Source: Xylographa opegraphella
Lineage: Eukaryota
Length of the DNA stretch: 30,214 nucleotides
Assembly (NCBI GenBank): GCA_022813865.1
Contig: JALDZX010000070.1
Span: forward strand, 62,001 to 92,214
Reading direction: 5' to 3'
Shown here: one piece after another, positions 1-11,304 of the stretch
Layout: every line of letters starts with the position of its first letter
Numbering within the stretch: the first letter of the stretch is position 1
Translations under genes and position numbers: made by a program
Notes under the pieces: generated by a model
What the model saw: only the letters and a program-made list of their open reading frames with translations
Database searches by the model: none
Told to the model about the DNA's origin: nothing

Positions 1-751
1 CCGGTCAATCTACTTCGAGCTTCGAGGATACTGATGTACGAACAGCCAGCGGGTATACGAGCAAATATGAAGGATTCGTTGTCCACACTGGCTACACGGC
101 CGACAGAGCAGCCTGTGGAGAAGGCCAGACTCTACTTGTTGCTGTCCTTTTTGCATGCTGTCATTCAGGAGAGGCTTCGCTATGCCCCCACACTGGGTTG
201 GAAGGGATTCTGGGAGTTCAACGATAGTGATGTGAGTCGAATCCCCCCCCCAAAACCTGTAGAGATTAGCTAAGAGATCGTAGTATGAATGTGCTGCATT
301 CATAGTCGATACGTGGATGGATGCGGTGGCACAGGGTCGATCGAATGTCGCTCCCCTGAAGATGCCTTGGGATCTCATCCGAACGCTCGTGACCGAGACG
401 TACGGCGGGAAGATCGACGACGACGAGGACTTCGGGCAACTCCGTCGTCTGGTCAACCGTTTTCTGACGCCGGAAGCATATGAGGATGACCACATGCTCG
501 TGCCCGGGACGCAAGACGGAGGCGGGGACGCGATTATAGGAGGCTTATCGGTGCCGGGTGGAACAGGGATGAAAGGTTACCTGAAATGGGTCGACGAGTT
601 GCCGGAACGAGAGCCACCGACATATCTCGGATTACCAGCGAACGCGGAGAAGTTGCTCCTGGTCGGTCATGGTAAGAACATGATTCAGAACCTGTCCAAA
701 ATCACCGAGGTCCTCGACGAAGGAGAGCAGCTCATGGGTGAGGAGGCATAG
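1..751 (+). CDS. DYN1: Cytoplasmic dynein heavy chain, C-terminal part (5'-truncated by window). Exons 1-231 and 284-751
   Basis: The translation [27 protein letters not shown]...[36 protein letters not shown]...[11 protein letters not shown]...[21 protein letters not shown] matches the AAA6/lid region of fungal dynein HC (nudA/ro-1). Intron 232-283 (GTGAGT..GCTAAG..TAG) joins the two frames. Confidence 0.95.
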
Positions 752-1200
752 CAGGATGGAGCGGTTGGGTGGAAGAGTTGTGGATCGGGGGCGGTGCTTT
801 TGCTGTTTGACCATCTGCAGCGTTCTGGCGAGCATTGGCGGCGTCGGCTGGGCACATCGAGCACACTGGGAAGGGCATTCATTGATCTGATCTTGATTCA
901 AATTGTTCTGGTAGCTGGCGTTGAGCTGTCGACCGCTCGGGTTTGAGCGGATATACCCCACATGCATGTTGCCTGTTTCGAGATTGCTTCTCCACTTCTG
1001 TCGATAGCTTTTGTGTCTGTCGTGTACATAGTTGCCGATAACGATGGGCTTCGCTGGCTATCACGAGTGCCTCCGACTTATCTCGCTACTAGGATAGCTA
1101 TGCCCCTTTACTAATGCCCCGTGGCATGGAAATGTTGGTGTTTGCACAAACGGCACAGCGACGCAGTCTAATGCACACGCATCCCAACCCTCGCTCTGCC

Positions 1201-1223
1201 TCTATCTCTCTCTATCTCTCTCT
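1201..1223. repeat. Imperfect (TC)n microsatellite / pyrimidine tract upstream of the GNAT-like gene
   Basis: tctatctctctctatctctctct is seen directly. Confidence 0.6.
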
Positions 1224-1438
1224 CCTAGAAACCCTCACGCGCCTTGCTTCAGCCATCACCATCCATGGCCCCAAAACCCTTATCAGCCAAGCCCTCGCCC
1301 CTTATCGCTCCCGTCCTCTTCCCGCCAAGCACGACCCAGCATCCTATGCCTTAAGAACGTGCGCCCGCCCACCCCCACCCCTGCCCCACTCACCAAATGG
1401 ACCTTCTTTTTTCCTACCATTATTCTCTGCCGTGAGCG

Positions 1439-2837
1439 ATGGGCAGACACTCTTCCTTCCACCACCACCACCACCACCGTTCCTCCTCCACCGTGACACC
1501 CTCCGTGCAGACGCTGCGCCGCATCCGCGCCCTCAGCGACGACCACGAGCTTGACGGCGGCAAGGCGACGACGACATCGGCGGGCAAGAGCTGGGAGTGG
1601 GAACGCTGGGACTTCGTCGACGCGCAGGCGGGCGTGCTGGGTTCCGTGGGCGCGCGCATCGAGCTCGGGGCTGGGTTGGAGAGGATTGGGGGCTGGATAC
1701 CCGGGCTGAAGGGGACGGCGGGTGAGTGGAGCTCCTGCAGTGGTCGGGCTTGGAAATTGGGGTGCCGGGCGTAAAACGGGGGCAGGAAGGGCGATGGACT
1801 GCAGGTTTGGAAAGCGTCGAAGGCTGACTTCCCGTGCAGCTTTCCTCTCGACGCTGCGCCAGAACCTCACGCTCACGACCTCGCTCCTGCCGCCGGACTC
1901 GCCCGCCACCACGGCCTCGAGTATGTCGACCCCGCCGTCGCTGCACTCGTCCGCCACGCTGCCCCCGCCGTCTCCGCTGTCCGCATCGCCACTCACCCCG
2001 CCCTCCTCCTCATCCACATCCTCTCCCTTGTCCGCCACCCCTCCCCCCACCTTCACCACGCCCGCCGCCGCCGATGACCTCCCCCCCCTCACCACCATCC
2101 CCGCCACGACCTCCGCGCACAAACACGCCGCCCTGCACCTCCTCGCCTCCTCCCTCGCCCAGCGGCGCCAACTAGCGAGCGCGCTCATCATCCGCTCCAC
2201 GCCCTTCCTCGCCCTCGCCGCCCTCGCGCTCGCCATGCTGGTGCAGACCACCTACGCCGGGCGGGCCTCCGTGCCGCTCATCGTGACGACCTTCGCCGGC
2301 ATTGTCATGGCGCTGCTGCTCGGCGTGCGCTGGCTCGCGGGCGGCTACCTCGACCTCGCCGAGCGCGTCGACTGGGCCTGGCTGGCCGAGGACGAGGTGT
2401 GGGTGAGCCTGTGGGGCGTGGACGAGGCCGTCGTCGGCGCGGCGGTCGTGCGCACGGAACGCGAGCGTACCGGGAAGAGGAGGAGGAGGGGCGTGCTGCG
2501 CGGGTGGACCGTGAGGTTGCGCGAGCGGGGCAGGGGCGTCGGCAGGGGCTTGATGGAGGCCGTGGCCGGGGTGGGCAGGGAGAGGGGGTGGGAGGGGCTA
2601 GAGTTTGAGGATGGGGGCGTTTGTGGGTTTTTCCTCTCGCTTTCTCGTTTTTTTTAGGGGGTTTTTTTTGCGCTTCCTTGAGCGTGCGGTTGGCTGACTT
2701 TGGGTACGGTGCGCTTAGTCGATGAGAGGGTGTTGCCGAAGATGTTCCATGCCGAGTTTGAGCGACGGGCGGCGCGAGGGAGGGCTTTGCTGGAGGAGGT
2801 GTGGGTGGAGCAGGGGGGGAGGAAGAGGAGTCGGTAG
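1439..2837 (+). CDS. Fungal GNAT-fold (acetyltransferase-like) protein with two TM helices. Exons 1439-1721, 1840-2622, 2719-2837
   Basis: Introns 1722-1839 (GTGAGT..GCTGAC..CAG) and 2623-2718 (GTGGGT..GCTGAC..TAG) keep the frame. The protein has ALHLLASSLAQRRQLAS, a hydrophobic hairpin, and an acetyl-CoA-binding-like motif LRGWTVRLRERGRGVGRGLME. It ends RVLPKMFHAEFE...RKRSR*. The start is uncertain and could be the internal MSTPP ATG near 1923. Confidence 0.7.
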
Positions 2838-3187
2838 GTTGGGATGGAGTGGATGTTTAGTATAATCATGGGGGCGGACGTAGAGATAGTTAGCGGAGAG
2901 GGTTTGGATACAGCAACCGATTTGTGAAAGAAGCTGTATGGATTGAGTATTATACCACGGATACCGCAGCAGCAGGGCTTTGCTTTGTATAGAGCCAGCC
3001 ATATCGTGTAGATGCCAATAAACGCCACCAGCCCGCGAGCACCTCGTCGACGGGTAGTCATCATCATTTCCATCCATGCCGAATCCGGTCCGCGTCCGCA
3101 AGACTCCTCCCAACACCACAACCACGAAGATTTCAAAGCGTGACAGACCGCAGCAGACGCGGGAACAATATACGTGCAGCGCCCTTG

Positions 3188-4264
3188 CTAACGACGGGCG
3201 GCTACTCGAGCCTTCGGCCTCGCCAAGCTTTTGGTGACGTCCGGATCGAAACCTTTGACTCGAGTCAGTAACTGATGGCATTCCAGGAACGAAGATATTT
3301 CGCTTGCGTACCATATATGGGATTCCCGAGCTAACGTAGAGCAAAGCAAGGCGTGTTAGCGAATGGTATCGGATGAAATGTGAGATCATGGGATGATAGA
3401 GGTGTCGACGTACCCTCTTTAATGCAAAGATGACCTGTGCCTTGTCAGAATGGGTGGTGAGTCAAGTGGGTCAATTGTAGCTTACATCGGACACTGTGAC
3501 GGCTGTACGAAGACAAATGATCAGTTTCAAGCAGCCTCAAGCGCAGAAAGAACTGCACTATCCGGTATGGTTTGTGGTAGTCTACATACTTTTCCGCTTA
3601 GAGTGCTCCACGAATATGACGCAATCTCGGATGAGCTGAAAGTTTGACATGTTAGCTAAGAGCTCGGCTCGGCGAAGCTTGACTTACGACTTCGAGTCTA
3701 TTCTTGAGAGCTGCCCTGACCTCTGGGTAGATCATGGCGGAGATGCGCTTGACACCTCCACGGCGGCCAAGACGTCTAATGGAATCAGAGAATTAGTGAT
3801 TGGCTGATTTGCTTTGGATACGAGTGAATTGCCCTTAGAATACCATAACTACAAGGGCCAAGTCTCAAATAGATGATCCGGCATCAAGATAAAGGAAAGA
3901 AACAAATTGGCACCTCACGCTAACAACGAGAGAGGTCCATACCTAATATCTCCTTTCGCTACATGACCACACCGAAGTCAGACCCCAACCAATCGAAAGA
4001 GCCCGTACTAGCAAAAGAGCACTCACTAATGCCACAGATGTTATCGCGTAGAACCTTGCTACTCAAAATAAGTATCTATACCTAGAGATAGGACGAATGC
4101 GGTCCTAATACATATCGGCCTATTCTAAGCAAGACGTACCGATGGCGTCGTGTTCCCGTCAGGCCCTTTCCCAGGCCTCCTGACTTAATGACTGTGATCT
4201 CTTTCCCTCCTGTGCTCTTGCCACCCACATGGTGGCTGGAGTTCGGGCCCCAGGTGGGACGCAT
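3188..4264 (-). CDS. Divergent histone H4 variant (H4v/H4E-like), 142 aa, 9 exons: 4264-4140, 4058-4027, 3958-3943, 3775-3688, 3635-3590, 3502-3486, 3434-3414, 3330-3312, 3252-3188
   Basis: Eight GT-AG introns, most with clear branch sites, give a 429-nt in-frame [145 protein letters not shown]. It is colinear with canonical H4 ([31 protein letters not shown]...HAKRKTVT..DVVYALKRQGRTLYGF). Confidence 0.93.
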
Positions 4265-4622
4265 CCTGTTCAGTGGTTCAAGCGCAGGAGGGCGATCTGT
4301 GACGATCCTACTGAAGATAGCACGAGCACTAGAATCCTCTGATCCTCTGCAATTGGTACAGATGGCTGGATTTGTATGCTAGCCTGTACCTTTACCTGAA
4401 GCCGTTGATGTGTGTCGAATGAGACGCGCCTTTCGCCAAGACTGATGCCTGAGCTAACGAGTAGGGCTATCGCTTAACCCTTGGCTAGCTCGCTAGGTGC
4501 CTTAGGCTGCAACGCGCAGGAATTACAAGACATAAGTAGTGCAGATTCACAGCGACAAATTCCCTGTTCACTACGACAGATGACACGATGACAGATATAC
4601 GACGATAGATTCATTTACAGAT

Positions 4623-5887
4623 TCACGACGACAGAGTCCCCCCACTCCCACCAACGTATCCATCCAACGCCTTCAAGCAGCTTTCTAGCGCCAGCGCCCC
4701 CTCATCCCGGCCTTCCCCTTCCTCACAATCCTCCACCACAAAATCAAACCCATGATCCTTCCCCTCCACCGCAAAGTAATCCACCCTTCCCCCCACAGCC
4801 TTCACCCGCTCCACCAACCTCTCACTCTCCTCCACGCCGACCCCACGGTCCTTGGTCCCATGCACCACCACTAGCGGCGGATACTCCCTTGTGATGCCAA
4901 AATCCAAGGGGAACAACTCATGCATCGCCTCCGTCATCACCTTCTCTCTCCCCTCGTTCCGCACTCTCTCTCCCAATCCTTTGATTCCTGTGACGTAATC
5001 CGCGAATAACCCCTCCTGCAGTATATACCGCAGATACGGATACCGCTGATGCGTACTCATATCACCGTCCTTCGGGAACGTCTCCCCGAAACTAATCTCG
5101 CCATTCGCCTTCCGCTGCTCCATCTCCTTCAGCGTCGGGGCCGCATCCTCCACCTTGACATCCGGCAGAGGGATCCCCGGCGTGATCCAGCGCTCCGCCG
5201 CCGGGTCCACAATCGGATAAATCGCCCAGACAGCTTTGGGCACTGGGTTGTGGAACTGCGCGCCTCCGAGAACAGCGCAGTATCCACCGCCACTGGAACC
5301 GGTGACAATGAGCCGCGACGGGTCAACGAGGTTGGGAAAGTGCGTGTTGAGCTCGGTGGCCACCCAAGCGTAGGCGGAGCGGAGATCGGCAAGAAGATCG
5401 TGGCCAGTGGATTCAGGGAGAACACGATAGTCGGCGCTGACGAAGGTCCAGTGACGACGGAGAGATGCTTGGAGAAGCCATGGGCGGACGGCGGCGCGGG
5501 AGCCGCTGATCTGAGAGATATTCAGTAAGGGTTTTGGGACAAGACCCCCGGCAAACATGCAGAAAGGGCGGGAAAATAGTCGGCTCATTTGAGAAGTTCT
5601 CAGTACAAAAGACTACCGCACATGCCACGACCTCCAAATACCCAACACCAGTGCAAAACAACTAAAATGCGAGAAATTGCATCACAATAGTGCTCTCCAT
5701 GAGGTCCGCGTAATCACACCTGTACTAACATATAATGAAAAACACTCACGATATAACCACCATGGAAATAGAGTATCAACGGTCTGGGCGTCGTTGGCTT
5801 CGGATCGGTCACATAGACATCCAGCTCGATCGGCTTGCCCTGGACATGCTTATAAGCAAACGTGTGTACGGTGTGTGCAGGGACCAT
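4623..5887 (-). CDS. Alpha/beta hydrolase (HSL-like esterase). Exons 5887-5750 and 5510-4623
   Basis: Exon 1 is MVPAHTVHTFAYK...PLILYFHGGYI, joined through intron 5749-5511 (GTGAGT..CAG) to ISGSR. Motifs seen: HGG oxyanion, DYR, nucleophile elbow GSSGG, HGTKD and DHGFD. Confidence 0.85.
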
Positions 5888-6586
5888 CGTGCTTCTAGTC
5901 TCTACAACAATTCTTGTACGACAATACAAGCGACTGGAAAAAGGGTGAGGAACTTTTCGCTGCATTCGATTTTAGCCGCGCCGGCCCGTTCGCGGCCCGA
6001 ATATCAACGAACAATGATGACATCTGATCATTGGTCGGAGGTCTATGTCTTCCCAGGGCTCTCCTACTTTGTAGGCACAGGACAATTGATCTCCGGATTG
6101 AAATCAGGCCAATGCAGAAGAGTCGATGTATAGTCCGTCCCGGTGGCTGATCCTCGCACCTCAAACAGGATAACAATTGATCGAACAGAGACCCGCTGTA
6201 CAATGGTAGCCTTGCACACGCGTTTGTCAGGCACTTGAGACAGATTGACTTCGTAGCCGACGATGATTGAATGTCTCTGTATCATTGCCTCGAGTTAACA
6301 ATATGTTTTTGTTCCAGAATCCACAATCGCGAAACCTCACTGTCCTCTTGTTCCTCCCTCTGTTCCCCCTTTTCAAACTCGACTCATTCTCTTGTCCGCA
6401 CATCCCACAATCCCATTGTCCAGGCCTCCACCCCCGAGACAACCAAACCCCTCCAGTACATATAACATGAGCATCTCCTATCGACCTCATCTCTTCCTCC
6501 TAAGCTTCCAGCATCCCACAAGTTACTCACTCAACCTGCTCACCCAACCTTTGCCCAACTCCAAGATCATAGACGCCTCACGAACC

Positions 6587-6841
6587 ATGTCGTCCACAGC
6601 AGAATTACTGACGTTCTTCCCTCCGGATATGCGCCTCTACTACGAAGTCTTCGGCCAGACCTACACTCCCTTCCTCGAACGGTGCGTCGATGACGGTCTG
6701 ACCTTCTGGGAAGTCATCATTGTGTTCCAGGCCATCCGCGCAAGAATGGAGACCCCGCTTCCTCACTTCAATCGCTTTGTGTTCTTGCTTCTTGGTGAGT
6801 TTGGTTATCCTGGAGCTCCTCCACTTCTGGGTGGGCACTAG
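6587..6841 (+). CDS. Small hypothetical protein (~84 aa)
   Basis: ACCATG start context follows a C/T-rich leader. Codon usage looks coding (C-ending). Translation MSSTAELLTFFPPDMRLYYEVFGQTYTPFLERCVDDGLTFWEV...; no family recognised. Confidence 0.45.
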   Translation: MSSTAELLTFFPPDMRLYYEVFGQTYTPFLERCVDDGLTFWEVIIVFQAIRARMETPLPHFNRFVFLLLGEFGYPGAPPLLGGH

Positions 6842-8108
6842 TTCGTGCGAGTCATGCGTGCCGGTGAGATAGAGTGGATAATGTGGGGGGTAGGCGTGCT
6901 TTTCGACATGTCCTGCAGATAAGGTGGCAAGACTGGCAGTAGGGCAGGGGAATGGGATGGAATCGGTTGGTCACTTTGCTGCTTGATGCTCCCAGAATGA
7001 AAAGTCATTAATTTCCCCAATCATTATTTTTCCTAGGCTGGAGTGCATGGGCCGAATGGACAAGAGACACAAACGGCGAAACTGCGCCCGGATAACCACA
7101 AATTTGATTGATAGAGACAAGCATCGGTTTAGTATGTAGAAAAATCGAGTTGGGCCTTCTTACTTGGTCGGTATCATCTCAAATAACGGCTCTGTAATAA
7201 AATCAAGTGAGAAATAAAACACAAAGAACTTAGCCTAATAGATCCGACTTTGTCCCTTGGTGAACGGAAAATCCATCGTGCATAAATCAAACATAGGACT
7301 AGTAGCCACATCATCTTGCTTCCACTCACAATTCAAACTCACTCTCCCTCCAAACCTTGGTGACCCTCAGAAGCCACCAGGAATCTCCCCGCAACTCGGC
7401 ATCGACACCACAAACTCGGTATAGGTTCGAGCCGTAGCAAAGGCAGAGTCATTCCAAACATGGCGGTCTCCAGCATCGAAGAATGCGAAGAGCACATCAG
7501 GGAAGTCTGCCAAAACTGCACCGCATAAACAATGGCTGGAACAGGAGCTTGTGATATGGCCGGATGCTTGAACTTGTCAATTAGTTGATAAAGAATCTAG
7601 TCCGCACGACGAACGGAAACCTTTAACAACACGTGCGAGAGAAATCTGATTGTTATGAAGAAAGAGTAATAGTATTCGGGTACTCCTCCGTGAGCGAGCG
7701 AGCGTATATCTGGATTGCTGTAGTTGACGGATTTGACTAGGATTGAAAGTAGTAAGTCACTGCTTTCAGTACCGTGTCATAATCTTGTATGTGACACAAT
7801 GATTATTTCGTGGTTGAAGGACCATCACTGTGTAAGTAATCCTTCTCCACCAGCGCTTCTCCGACTTGGATTAACCGCGGAAAGGAGCTGAAATTGAGAG
7901 GAGCCATTGATAATAGCGACGGTCATTGGACCAGAAATTGCAAAATTCTGACTGCTATCCATATTCGCTCTCACGTGTTGTGGCAATAGTGAGCATGCAT
8001 AAGATATTCGGTACTTTATTTGGGCTTCATCATCAATCTTAGTATACCCTGTGCTCGTTCTCGGTAAGATTCAGACTGCCAGTCGGTGAGATTCAAAATA
8101 CCAATATG

Positions 8109-9526
8109 TCATGACGCAAACAAAGTGTTGATAGCGGTCGCCACTGCAATTGAGTTCGTGTTTTCAACCTTGTCGATGTTCAAAATATTCGGAAAAATTT
8201 CCGACGAGCAGGATGGAATAACATACGTTACGAGTCGCGGGTCCATGAAGCTGGCCATCTCTAGGATAGATGGACCTACAGTCACATCCTGCAATGTTCT
8301 GTGAGTCAGCGTCCAGTCGAGGCTGAAAAGCGGTTTATCTGGATCGTCCCGCTGGCGGCGTAATTTCTGGAGTTGATCTTCCATCATAACGTTTGGATCG
8401 TTCGAATTCGCATAATTATCATAAAATGGAAATTGAGAAATGTAATAGAATCCGCGACCAGCAAAGTTGCCCAGAGTGAGGTGAGACCTGTCTAAAGAAA
8501 CAACAACAATGACCGCGGCTTGCTTATTTCCAATAAGCTGATTCATAGTGAGGAGTGTTAGATCATTTGTACTCCGCGGATGCGTGAAGAGATGCTCTAG
8601 CTCTGCCAGCTCCTGGAACAATCCATCCCATTCATCCTGGGTGAATGCTCTGTAATCCCGGCCCTCATCTGTGTTGAAATCGTGGGAAATGCTCAAGATC
8701 ACGAGTTCTTTATTGACTGCGGTGAAGACGTTTATCTGCTGTACAATCTGACTGATTGATTGTCCGTTCACACCTTGCCAGCCCAGTCCAGGTAGGTTAC
8801 CGTAGTGGCCGGTGTAGTACCTACTACTTGCAATGACCGGTCTGATGTCGAAGAACCTGATGCCAAAGGCAAGTTGATCTGCAATGGATTTAACCTGCGT
8901 CTGGCAGACTCTTGCATCACCAAATAAAGTTCCACCATTGATGACACTGATACCAGAGTCGTGAGAGCCGGGCATGCAGACATGACGAAGAGGTCTTTGT
9001 CCAATCATTCCCAGGCTCGCTTGCATCCATGAGACCGAAAGCGGTCTGTTGGAGGTCGATACAAAGTTGGGTCCAGTTCCAGAAAGGACAAAGCACACAC
9101 CGTTGAACCGAGGGTAATGGGTGCCTCCGTCAACCCAAGAAAGGTCAATGATCGCACCCTGATGGTCGTTCCAAGTACTTATCCCTCCCAGCCGAACTAA
9201 AAGTTGGAAGCCTCTGGTAGCTCTGGCCTCCAGCTGGAAATTATGCTCGCTCGCTGCAAACGTGTAACTGAGGTCGCCTTTGTCTCGAGTTGGATCGTGT
9301 CCATGAAATTGGCCCCACTCAATGTACACCTCTTCCACGGAGCCTAATACATTATCTAATGAGCAAGCTCTCAAAAAATTGTATCTGCCGACGAAACGGT
9401 TACTTTCATACCAGATAAGATCATGCTGGGAAATGTCCATCGCTCCATGAACTCTGACGTTTGATTCGATAGATGCCAATCATAAGTAGTGCCATTCACC
9501 AGATACAGATAGCCTCCGTGACCCAT
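8109..9526 (-). CDS. PLC-like phosphodiesterase (PI-PLC X domain). Exons 9526-9412 and 9343-8109
   Basis: MGHGGYLYLVNGTTYDW...FPSMILS is joined through intron 9411-9344 (GTATGA..TAG) to GSVEEVYIEW. X-domain motifs: WM..LRHVCMPGSHDSG, QTQVKSIADQLAFGIRFFDIRP, TGHY, ELVIL, WTLT, PNILNID. Confidence 0.88.
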
Positions 9527-10580
9527 ATCGTGTCGCCGGCGCCATATGGGGAGCCGACCGAAAACGTTTGTATGCGTTGTGACAGATCCGAAAACGCGTC
9601 CCACACGCTAGTCAGAGAGTTCTCGTTGTATTTACGCACCTGCCCTCATAAGAACGGCTATAACAATATTAACCCAAAGGAAGTAATGCGCTTAAAGCGA
9701 GTCCTAAGAATGCAAGCAAATATCGAATCGAGCAAGTTACCATCATAGTCATGCAGCCACAACGTCGAGTCAAAACCGATCCTTAGTCTACTATGGAGTC
9801 ACAAAACCCCCTAATAATTCCTTGAAGGACTTTTTAGGATGTACTCTGTTCAATTGACCAAAACAGCAACCTTGATACAAGGGGCGTCACGGTGTCCCTT
9901 GCCGTGTTTGCTTAGGCCTATTTCAAACGGTCCAAAAACGAGCATTTCAAGACTCAAATCGTGCTTCTTCCTGACATACGGCATGGCATGTACATTCGTC
10001 CTCTGATTAGTTCTCGTGGCGAATAATAGTAACTTGATCCTCAACTAGGAATGAACATCTCGAGGACTACAGGCTAGAATTACTATGACCTAGCTTCCTT
10101 TTTATCACGCTGAATGACATCCACCCGAGAAGCGTGCAACCTTCAGTGCAACTTGTGGAGCTTCAAAGAGACACTTTACAGAAGCCCGTCCCTGTGCATT
10201 ACTAACCCCACAATGATCGGAAACACATAACACAGCGATACGATGCTGAGATCATAAGAAAGAAAGCTCTCGCAGATGTCAGACATAATGTAGGTGTATT
10301 CCTGATCGACGATCCAGCACAATGGCAAAATCGAACCCCGAGTAAAGCGAAGGAGATTGAGAAAGGCTGTAGAAACATCCAATGCCTACACAAGTTGCAG
10401 TAGCAAAAGCCCGAGTGGAAGGCAGTCTTTGCTTGTTGCAAGCCACAACTAGCCCAGAACGCAGCTGTATATCATAAAGAGACAGGACTTGTGATTGTAT
10501 ACGGTGACGAAGGGGAAAATCGAGGTGTTGCCAAACTGCTGTGCAAAGACGTGATAAAGGAATGAAACCGAGGCGTACAG

Positions 10581-10643
10581 GATACTGTCGATGTCGAGAT
10601 GCTGCCGATATCGAGATGCTGTCAATATATCGAGATGCTGTCG
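10581..10643. repeat. Short imperfect tandem repeat (~17-19 bp period, core TCGAGATGCTG x3)
   Basis: Core copies at 10594, 10611 and 10630, preceded by a degenerate GATACTGTCG. Confidence 0.6.
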
Positions 10644-10749
10644 TAGGCAACAGAGATATACGTCTGTTCGAATTCAATCCAAATATTATAATTCCCATAA
10701 ATCGCGTCGCGTTATTGGTTGGATGACCAGTTGCTGGCCTGCAAAAGCC

Positions 10750-11304
10750 TCATAGCTTCTCCGTCGATTCATCGATCCTCATAAACAATGCTTCTGCCTT
10801 GGCTAATACGATGCCACTGTTGTCTCTTACCATTGCCTCAAGGTATAGCTTCCGGCCCTTTATGTCTCCGAAGGTTGCGGTGACAAGAACTACCTGCGGA
10901 GTCCACACAGGCTTCATAAATCTGACATTCAATGAAGCAGTGACTGCCCCGCCAGACACCCCATCTTGACTTTTGTTCACTGACAATAACGTGCTCATAA
11001 CTTCATCCATTAGAGTTGCCACAATACCGCCATGACAAATGTGAGGGTAGCCATTGAGACCGTGCCCTAGGCTGACAATTGTATGGACCTCCTGCACCTT
11101 TGTGGCTTCTGGTGCAGGCTGCCGGAATAGAGCAATCCACGCCTGAATGGTGTCGCTTGTCTTCAACGTCTCCGCGAACAGCGCATCTTCAGTGCTCTTT
11201 TTAAACGTTCGTGTTGAAGTGGGAATGAGGACGAAATCAGGGTCAGCAAGGAGCTTTGCGCACCAGGGGATTGATCGGAGGTATTCAGTATCCGCACCAG
11301 CCAT
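10750..11304 (-). CDS. Hotdog-fold (PaaI/THEM4-like) thioesterase
   Basis: Intronless 184-aa ORF containing GLNGYPHICHGGIVATLMDEVM, TASLNVRFMKPV and GRKLYL...AKAEALF. Confidence 0.9.
   Translation of the reverse strand: MAGADTEYLRSIPWCAKLLADPDFVLIPTSTRTFKKSTEDALFAETLKTSDTIQAWIALFRQPAPEATKVQEVHTIVSLGHGLNGYPHICHGGIVATLMDEVMSTLLSVNKSQDGVSGGAVTASLNVRFMKPVWTPQVVLVTATFGDIKGRKLYLEAMVRDNSGIVLAKAEALFMRIDESTEKL

Noticed and set aside
1283..2251. 322-aa minus-strand ORF and other long overlapping ORFs
   Set aside because: These are antisense or alternate-frame shadows of the GC-rich GNAT gene and have no motifs.
2654..3389. Minus-strand ORFs of 224 and 160 aa
   Set aside because: The longer one runs out of frame through H4-variant introns and exons. 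Both overlap the 3' end of the GNAT gene in antisense. Neither has a recognisable protein signal.
7368..7575. Minus-strand open stretch ending ...MPSCGEIPGGF* after a branch/acceptor-like signal
   Set aside because: No start exon was found and no family was recognised, so it cannot be distinguished from chance.
8109..9479. ORF-track start MASIESN... for the PLC gene
   Set aside because: That N-terminus reads through the intron. The spliced model from ATG 9526 is more coherent.
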